Assembly: GCA_051294375.1 (NCBI GenBank)
Contig: CM119271.1
Coordinates: 11,613,896 to 11,677,895, forward strand
Origin: Paraspadella gotoi
Taxonomy: Eukaryota; Animalia; Chaetognatha
Length of the DNA: 64,000 nucleotides
Direction of reading: 5' to 3'
Shown here piece by piece: positions 49,160 through 64,000 of the stretch (position 1 is its first letter; each line of letters begins with the position of its first letter). The position numbers were made by a program, and so were the translations under genes. The notes under the pieces are model-generated. The model did not search any database and had not been told where the DNA came from. It worked only from the letters and a program-made list of their open reading frames with translations.

Positions 49160-51570
49160 ATAAGCTGATAAGATATTTAGAATATTGTTTCTAGAGGAAA
49201 AAAGCTTGCATTCAAAGTTTTTTGATCTACAAGCAAAAATTTTGTAGATATCATTATATCCATTATAACCAAAAATTTTTCTAATGCCATCATTTACTTT
49301 GGTCATCTTTTGCAAGATACTCTTTCACTTCACTTCCGTACGTAAGTATTGTGACACAATTGGTGTAGTACAAACGCATTAAAACTTCTTCTGAGGGTTT
49401 ATACAAGGAATTAAGGAGACAATTGCTAGAGCGGTAGAAAGAGGATAACTCAGATAATGGGTCAAAGACAAGTGCATTTTCATTACTAAGATTAAAACCG
49501 AGATATTTCCATCGGTTTACGAATTCAATGATATTTCCTTTAATTAGTAAAGAATCTTTGTTGATACAATAATTTTGTTTGCCAAAATACATTGTTTTTG
49601 TTTTCTGAAAAAAAAAATTAAAAGCATTGCTACTACTATAGTTAGCACATATATCAATCATTTTTTTCATACCAGAAATTGTTGGAGATAACAAAGCTAT
49701 ATCGTCAGCGTAAAAAATGCTAGCAACAAATAAATGATCTATATGGCAACCAAAACCAGATTTGCGTAATTGAGTTATCAAGTCATCAACATAAACTGCC
49801 CACAGATAGGGACTTAAAATACCACCCTGACGAACCCCAGAAACAGTAGAGAAATAGTTTGAAAAGATGTCAGACCATCTACACCTACTGCGGAGATTAA
49901 GGTACCAGTAAGTAATAAGTCGTAAAAAACATAAGGGAAATTTTCTCTTTATGAGTTTTAGAAATAAACCATAATGGTTAACCTTGTCAAATCCTTTTGA
50001 GCAATCCATGAATGTAGCAAACACCCCAGAACCATTTTGCAAAAAATGATTAACACACGTCTTCATGACAAAAACAGCATGAGAAGTAGAATGCTTTTTT
50101 TTGTAACCAAATTGAAGGTCATCAGGCTCCAAATAGTGTCCGATTTTTATAAGTAGACATTGTTCAAACATTTGACTAAAAACAGAACTTAAAGTTATTT
50201 CTCTATAATTTTTAGCACTGTAAATATCACCACTATAGTCTTTTACTATAGGAACAAAAAATCAAAAAACAAAAAAACAAAAAATCATTACCAACATAAC
50301 CGTGCTGTATAAGACCATTAAATAAAATTTGGAGATGTACAAACAATTGTGAAGGTGCATAAATTATATGCTCCGTCTTAACAAAATCTGCAGTACTTTT
50401 TCCAGCCTTTATTTTAGATGCTGCGTCTAAAATATCATTCCAAGACAGATAGTAACCGTTAATAGAATCATTACAATGTTTGGATAATTTGAATGAATCG
50501 ATAGATAACTCTTTAAACCTCGTTAATTCATCATTCCAAGTCTTTTTGAATTTTTGGATTACTACGTGGTAAACACAAGTCTGCGATTTTGATAGAAGCT
50601 ATTATGTCTTCAAGATATCTCTCAAGGTCAAAAATATGTTCATTACAGTTACATATCTTCTCACCATGAACTATATTACTAAAAGGAACATACATTTTTT
50701 CGAGTTCAACTTTCAGTTGATTTTGATAAGCAGAAATATTTTCATCTTTTAAACTAGACCAATTAATACAGGATTGACTATTGGTTGGTAAAAACGTACT
50801 GGGTATCAAATCTACATCAAGTAGTAATTGTACGGGACAGTGATCGGAAACATTATCTCCGTCATAAATTATGTAGTCGGGCATTGCCTAGGTTCACCCC
50901 GCCTCTAAGCATGACACCTTCAGTCCTGACCCGGTGGCTCATTGAGTAAAGCCATCAGCTCATCACCACTAGGTACCGGGTTCAATCCCAACCCGGTACT
51001 TACCCTGCGGGAAGCGTGAGGACGGCCGTAAGCCGCCTTGGGGGCGTGGCAACCCCTCAAGCCTGGTTCCAAGCCCAGGACCCGTTCCATGGCTACTAAA
51101 GGGGATTATAGAAGTTACGGATAGTCATCTTCAGCCCACTTAGCGCCTTATCCACAATTATCTCTACTTCACTAATTCTATTAGTCAGAGAGCTACTTAA
51201 AAATATACACTGTATATTATACAGTCAATAAGACTTCTAGATTTAACATTGTCACTTCTAGTCCAAGCATTTTTTGGTTCAAAGTTATCAATAAGATCAA
51301 AACAGGGTATTAAATTCCACGAGTTAACTGAATTGCGTAAAAGTTTAGTAAAGGATGAGAAATATCAAAATAATTACAATTCATATTAACAAAAATCAAA
51401 AATATTGAGTTTAAGTTTTCAAATATTATAGATTCAATTTAACCTAACGTATCTCTATATTCTTTTTCTTTTAGTTCTATATTAGATTTGTCATAAAAGG
51501 GCATATAAGCATTTATACATATTATGCATGAACTTTTATCAAAGATTTCAATTACAGAAAAACAAATATA
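49160..51570 (-). mobile_element. Decayed, 5'-truncated non-LTR retrotransposon (LINE; APE endonuclease plus RT, RTEX-like)
   Basis: ORF 50171-49290 has the RT motifs LQFGY..STSHA, FMDCSKGFDKV.H, GVRQGGILSP, YVDDL, FYADD and KYLG. Upstream frameshifted pieces carry VPIVK..NYREITL and the endonuclease motifs INAYMP, SLID and SDHCPV. The clade assignment is by motif style only. Confidence 0.93.
50872..51156 (+). mobile_element. 285-bp TG...CA insertion (solo-LTR/TRIM-like or atypical SINE) containing a tRNA-like Pol III cassette (family B)
   Basis: It starts TGTAG, ends TCCACA and is flanked by ATTA (50868-50871 and 51157-51160). Removing it restores the LINE frame EVEII|YDGDNVSDHCPV. It has an A-box-like TGGCTCATTGAG (50935-50946) and a B-box GGTTCAATCCC (50979-50989). 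Confidence 0.85.
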
Positions 51571-51571
51571 A

Positions 51572-51836
51572 ACAAACGGTCTTAAACAAACGGTCTTAAA
51601 ACCGTACGACGTCGGAGGCAACTGCCGCTGACTCTTAAACAATTCTTTACATAAAAAAATAATCGGGATATTCCCGGTTTCACGTTTTTTTCATCGTCTT
51701 CATAATCATCTTCGCGTTCTATCTCTCGAGAAACTGGGCAAAGTGAGACGCAGATATCGAATCCACGGCCGGCGGACGTCGAGCCCTTGTTCTCCCTCTA
51801 CGGTCACGACCACACGCAGCCACGACCGTAAATACA
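51572..51836 (-). mobile_element. SINE-like interspersed repeat (family A) at the 5' boundary of the LINE
   Basis: It is a reverse-complement match to 6779-7040. The 3' tail is a tandem TTAAGACCGTTTGT repeat. Confidence 0.65.
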
Positions 51837-53013
51837 ATTATAAATTAAAGAAATTAATCTTTTAAATCACACATTTATTCAACAAATTTTTAATATTTAT
51901 TGATGACGAAGATGAAAATATTATAAAGAAAATTTCAAAATTTAAAATTTGCAAAAACTTTTTTTTTCTAATCGAATTGTTGAAAAGAGTTTTTTTGAGA
52001 AAATTTTAAAATAAAGTGCATAGGCTGTCGGAAGAAAAGATTTTCAAATTTTATATTCCAAATCTTTTAGTTTTGAAAAATCTTTACTACATACGTATTG
52101 CGAGGCGAAAGCAGAGAAGAAAATTACGATCGGATCATGGCAGGAGAATCAAGCCACCAAAAGCAAATCGGATCGGAGGCTCGGGATATAAAAAAAAAAA
52201 AAAAAAAGAAACAAAGTCGTCATAACTTGAACTTCACAATTTACATTTTTGTCGTTTTGATATTTTATTATTTCGTTGGGGCCTGTATAAAGTTTCAGTT
52301 CGGGGAAAAAAAATCATTAATTTCTGTTCTGAAATATCTTTTTGGTCGATGTGGATAAGGGCATTTATATGTTGTCAGAGGGAATGCATGTCTCTTACTT
52401 GAAAAGATCTTTTCTTTTGGTTAAATCAGACAAACTGTAGGCTGGATATCGGATTTTACCAGCCACAATGCATCTGACAATCTTGATCATAATATAATTG
52501 ATTAACTAATTAACAGTAAACGAAAGATTTTTGGATATAATCGATGGGAAAGTGTGAGAGAACTTAGGAGTATGTTTGGATACCACGACCTATCTACAAT
52601 TTTTAATAATCGTAAGAAAACCTTTATCTCAAAGATATATACAATGAAAAATACTGTTCTTCAGAAACTTGTTCCATTTTTTACAACATAAGAACAATTT
52701 TTAATTGTTTAAATTTTAATTAATTAATTTTATTTAATTAACGGTTTTTTTTCTCTCTATTTTATAATTTTTTTTTTATGCTTAGACTTAGTCTATCTTT
52801 GTTTGTTTGTTGATGATGATTGTACTGAATCAACCTCGTTGTATTCGAATAAAATCGCATATAATTAAAATAAAACGTTTCTGCTTTGGATTCGATCCCA
52901 AGATCTTCTTACCTACTGATAAAGATTTTCCAATTATTTTATCACTTATGTATTAGGTTAATATTGTTATATAGAAACAAATGAACATTTTAATACCCAA
53001 TCAGCAATCAAAA

Positions 53014-53439
53014 TCACCCATCGCAAATCGATCTGCACATGAACCAAGACGCCGTCGCCAATCCCGCGCCAAACAGCAGACAGCAAAATGCGGCGCAGCA
53101 AGGTTTTCCTCCCGCGCCGCAACTCTGCAGCACGCTGAAGCAACCGCCCGTCTCTCCGCCATAGACGCTGGATTGACAGCAGGCGGCGCAGGAGCCTTTC
53201 ATGACGCCGCGGCAGCAAAATCCGCAGCAGCAAAGACAGCAGGGTAAGCAGAAGGCGCCGACGAAGCCGACGACGATGACGACGACGATGCAAGATTCCG
53301 TCTCGCCGTCGATGAGGCAGGGCGGCGTCGTGGCGTTGACGGGAGCGGCGGCTGGAGCGGCGGCTGGAGCGGCGCGGGAAGCACGAATGGCGGAAACGGC
53401 GAAGATGGCGGCGAAAATGAAAATCGTTGACTTCATCAT
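53014..53439 (-). CDS. IFI27/IFI6 (ISG12/FAM14, Ifi-6-16 family)-like membrane protein, cysteine-rich, with N-terminal signal peptide (141 aa)
   Basis: A GC-rich single-exon ORF in AT-rich flanks. Its core GFCCRGVMKGSCAACCQSSVYGGETGGCFSVLQSCGAGG fits the ISG12 motif (GF..xG(I/V)xxGSxAAxxQS..GG...FxxLQSxGAxG). It has a hydrophobic leader MMKSTIFIFAAIFAVSAIRA and hydrophobic helices on both sides of the motif. Confidence 0.82.
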   Translation of the reverse strand: MMKSTIFIFAAIFAVSAIRASRAAPAAAPAAAPVNATTPPCLIDGETESCIVVVIVVGFVGAFCLPCCLCCCGFCCRGVMKGSCAACCQSSVYGGETGGCFSVLQSCGAGGKPCCAAFCCLLFGAGLATASWFMCRSICDG

Positions 53440-56400
53440 TTTAGAAAAAGTCAGATCCTAATGTGAAACGAAGTAAAACAAAGTGAAATTAGTATAACCA
53501 ATATAAAAATCATGCAGTCATTTAATAAATAAGATTTTGAACAGTCTAAGCTGGTTTAAGACCGCCATCCCTCTTATAAGATAACATAGCAGGACCCTGC
53601 AAGCTTTCAATCAAAATTTTATCTCAGTGTAGTTTTTTTTATAATTTTTTTAGTACCTGGTTTCCTCATCAATGCTTTAATTCTATAAAAGGACCACTTT
53701 CCTTAGGGTCAGGGAATACTAAATTGTACTCCGCAGTAAAATCAAATGTAATTCATTTAATTAATTCAATCTTCCAATTTTGTGATCGTCGACGAAGTTG
53801 TTTCGTTTTCAAATCAAATTCTTTCTTTTGTTTAAGTCAAAGTTTTTCTCCAGAGAAAAAGAAGAAAAATCGACAGAATCTCAAAGGAATTTGAGTTTCT
53901 CACGATTTGAAGATGATGATGATGCGCGTGATTTGTTTTTCGCGTTTTTTTTTTCGTTTTCGTTTTGTTTGTAATTTTAGTTACAGGAGAATCCAGTTTT
54001 TTACCCAAATCTTTTAAATTAAATTTGATTCTCGGGAGAAAAACTATTGAAATGCGGCGAAACAAGTTTGACTTGATTAGAGTCGACAAACGACGACCAA
54101 GAACGTTTCAGGAATTTTATCTGTGGCCGGTTTCAGGTTCGACCAATGTTTTCGCGGACTTTCTTCTCCTGCATCGATTTTCGTGAGTTTAGTGTGAGAT
54201 TAGGCACTTTAACTTGTAAACTCATTAGATATTGATTTGCCCTTAGAAACACCGTTTTTACGGGTTTCCGAGGATCTTTTTTATGGAGAAAAAAACGTTT
54301 AAATATTTGATAAAACGACTTTCTTCTTCTTAATTCCTACGTCTCTCGCCAGCAAGAAAATCTGAAAAATTGTCTGCGGACTCCTTTCAAATTCCTGGTC
54401 TGTTTTGGACGAGTTCTCTGGAACTGAGCGATGCTGTTTGCTCTGTCGAGCTGAGGGTGAAAGACCACACACAAAAGAGCACAAGTCATAACCACAAAAA
54501 AAGCCTCACGTTCTGACCACAGAGTGGTCAAGCGGCTCAAACAAACAGTTCGAACATTGATCACTCAAAGGCGACTAGTCACGACAGGAAACTAATTTTT
54601 AAAAAAATTAAAATTTCTGAGAAATCTGGCGTCGGAAGAGACGATTTTAAAACAAATTTCTGAGAAATGAAGATTTTAGCAGACGATAAATCTTTTATTT
54701 CAGGATCTGAGATAATATTTCTGATTTAATTAAATCACATGAATAATTTCAAAACACAGTGATCCCATATGTTAATTCTGTGAACAGAAGGGTTTTTTCC
54801 CCATATTGAAATAAAAAAACGGGACTTTTTAGTCATAATTACCGATTGTCATAAAATCCTTAAAATTCTTAAATGGCAAAAAAAAGTTGTATCACCCGAT
54901 TAACAAAAATTGAAGACAACGTTTTCACTTCTCATAAAACCCTTAATGCATCGATCAGTTAATTAACAATTAAGTCTTGTAAGCAAATTTGCTTTCCCTC
55001 CGAGTCCACCCCGCTCCCCTAAACCCCCTCAGCCCCCCGTCGCCTTCACCCCCCCCCATCTATCGCCACCCGGATATCCGGGTTTTCTCTATCGCGTTTC
55101 TCTTTCTTCCCTCGAGAAAACGAAATCAGATCATCGTCACAATTTCTTTTTTTTTTGGTGCCGATGGAAGTGATGTTGCACGATTGACGTCGCCTTGGGT
55201 TTTCAATTCGCTTCGGATCTCATGGTTGCAATGAGTTTCGATTCTCTCTCTCCTATTCTCTTCTTCCCTAGAGATTTCTTCTTATCTCCAATCAATTCTC
55301 TCATTCTCTCTCTTTCTCGTCTCTCTTCTTTATCTTCTAGAGATCTTTTTTTTCTCTCTCCTCCCCTTAAATTCTCTCCTTCCCTATCTTTTTTATCTAC
55401 ACTTTTATCTCATTTTCTCCCCCCCCCACATTTCCTCATTCACGACAAATGCACGATTTCTTTCCTCCCATTGTTTTTTCTTTCTTTCCTTTACTCCGTC
55501 TTTCCTTCCTTCCCTTTATTTTGATTTTTTCTCCCTTCCAATCAAGACATCCATTCCTCCCTTTTTCCCCTTCACTTTTCTCTCCTCATCCTACTTTCCT
55601 ATTCCTCCCTTCCTTTTCATCCCTCTTATATCCATTTACTTTTTCACACCTTCCTCCTCACCATTGTATTAATTTCCTCCCTTCCCATTTTTCCCTATTA
55701 TCTATACTTTTCTATAAATCAAATTTAAAAAAATCCCTTTTCTCTCCTCCCCCTTCCTCCTCTTTCCAAACTGCATTTCCTCTTCTTTTTCTTTTTCCAT
55801 CTTTTTCTTCTTCTCCCCCATTTTTTTTTTCTTCCTTCCCATCATTTTATCAATTTTCTCCCTTCCCATTTCCCCCTCCCTATTCTCCCCCTTCCCCCTC
55901 TTTCCAAATTTCATTTCCTCCAATCTTTTTCTTTTTCCTCTTCTCTCCTTTCTTCTTCCTTCCCATCATCTTATTCATTTCCTCTCTTCCCATCTCCCCC
56001 TCTTCCCTTTTCTCTTTCCTCCAATCCTCCTCTCTCCAAAATTCTTTTTCCTCCTCCTCCTCCTCCTCCTCCCGTCTTCTTCCATTCCGTCAGCTGCGAC
56101 TTGATGATTCTCGGTTATAATCAAGTTATTGGCGCAATAAGCAAACACTTGATTGCCGATCCGGGGGAGGAAAAGAAGAGGAGAGAGAGAGAAAGAGCGA
56201 ACAAAATCGACTGCGACTCAATAAAGAAGAAAGAAAGAAAGAAAGAAAAGGCTTTTTGATGGGTTTTCTTATTCTGGTCGAATCGGACTTCAAAAGGGTC
56301 AAACGATCAAGAGTCGTAATTCTAAGCTTTCACTATAGAAGACTGAGTGACTGAGATAATCCGTTAAAGCCAAAGAATCTTTTTTTTTTTTCTCGTTCAA

Positions 56401-56443
56401 AAAATACGATTTAACTATTCTATTCTTTTACAAATGGTTTAGT

Positions 56444-56563
56444 TTTAGAAAAAGTTTGAAATTTGTTTCATCAACGAATTTTTTTTATTATTTATACGTT
56501 TATTTATACGTATAGATAATAAAACAAATTCGTTGATGAAACAAATTTCAAACTTTTTCTAAA
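56444..56563. repeat. 120-bp near-perfect palindrome (56-bp arms, ~8-nt loop)
   Basis: TTTAGAAAAAGTTTGAAATTTGTTTCATCAACGAATTT.TTTTATTAT.TATACGT (56444-56499) and its reverse complement (56508-56563) differ at 2 positions. Confidence 0.88.
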
Positions 56564-57013
56564 TCTCTAAATTCAACAAAAAGAAAGGAATAATAAAATG
56601 GGTTAGTTAACGTGAACTCCTAAGTTTGTTATGCAAGCATAATTGTCTCCATCATGAACAATATCTTAATGAGAATTCGTTAAACTGTTATATGCAAATG
56701 AAAAGTTGCTTCACCGCCAAAGCACAAATTCGATCAATGGTTCACTTTCACTATCATTTAGTAAATAAACTACCTTGCCGCTAGATTTTAGACATCATGT
56801 GTAATTTTAGTAATTTTAGGGATTTAATTCTATCACAAGATAATAACAAGCTAATAACTAGCATATAATAACTAGCTTATAATAATTAGTTTATAATAAC
56901 TAGCTAAGTGAAATATAAATAATATCTAAACTTACGATTTTCAAGTTTTAACGTTTAATATCATAGAGAAAAATAACAATCACAAAGTTCGACCACAGTC
57001 ACAAATCTTCTCA

Positions 57014-64000
<6,987 letters not shown>

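Noticed and set aside
50928-50999. Functional tRNA-Met gene
   Set aside because: The acceptor and anticodon stems pair poorly, there is no T-run terminator, and it sits inside a repeated insertion. It is treated as tRNA-derived.
50997-51012. U1 snRNA 5' end (TACTTACC)
   Set aside because: Only 8 nt match, and no U1 stem-loops or Sm site follow.
51110-51140. Hammerhead ribozyme (CTGAAGA on minus strand) suggesting a Penelope/retrozyme LTR
   Set aside because: The required GAAA core after stem II is absent in both copies (GTAA here, GCTA in the 43303-43460 copy).

Overview
This is eukaryotic (invertebrate metazoan-like) genomic DNA from a draft scaffold, AT-rich and full of microsatellites. 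The species cannot be determined from the sequence alone. Three real genes are supported, all on the minus strand. (1) 3428-<1 is a two-exon, >=1039-aa type II membrane receptor that is missing from the ORF track because it runs off the window edge. It has a cytoplasmic tail, TM helix, helical stalk, two C-type lectin domains, and a third C-type-lectin-like domain with a complete SRCR domain apparently inserted inside it. (2) 53439-53014 is an intronless IFI27/ISG12-family protein with a signal peptide and 21 cysteines. (3) >64000-57014 is mitochondrial alanyl-tRNA synthetase (AARS2), with 19 phase-compatible exons. Mobile DNA includes a decayed RTEX-like LINE interrupted by a 285-bp TG...CA element carrying a tRNA-like Pol III cassette, a 58-bp hAT MITE, a Tc1/mariner-type MITE, Helitron/HINE-like elements and a SINE-like family. 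About 20 kb (8.1-16.3 kb and 28.3-40.5 kb) is indel-noisy duplicated sequence next to 25-N gaps, most likely long-read gap-filling artefact. Nearly all ORFs in the supplied track are spurious microsatellite translations. All translations, splice models and motif matches were done by hand, and no database search was run.
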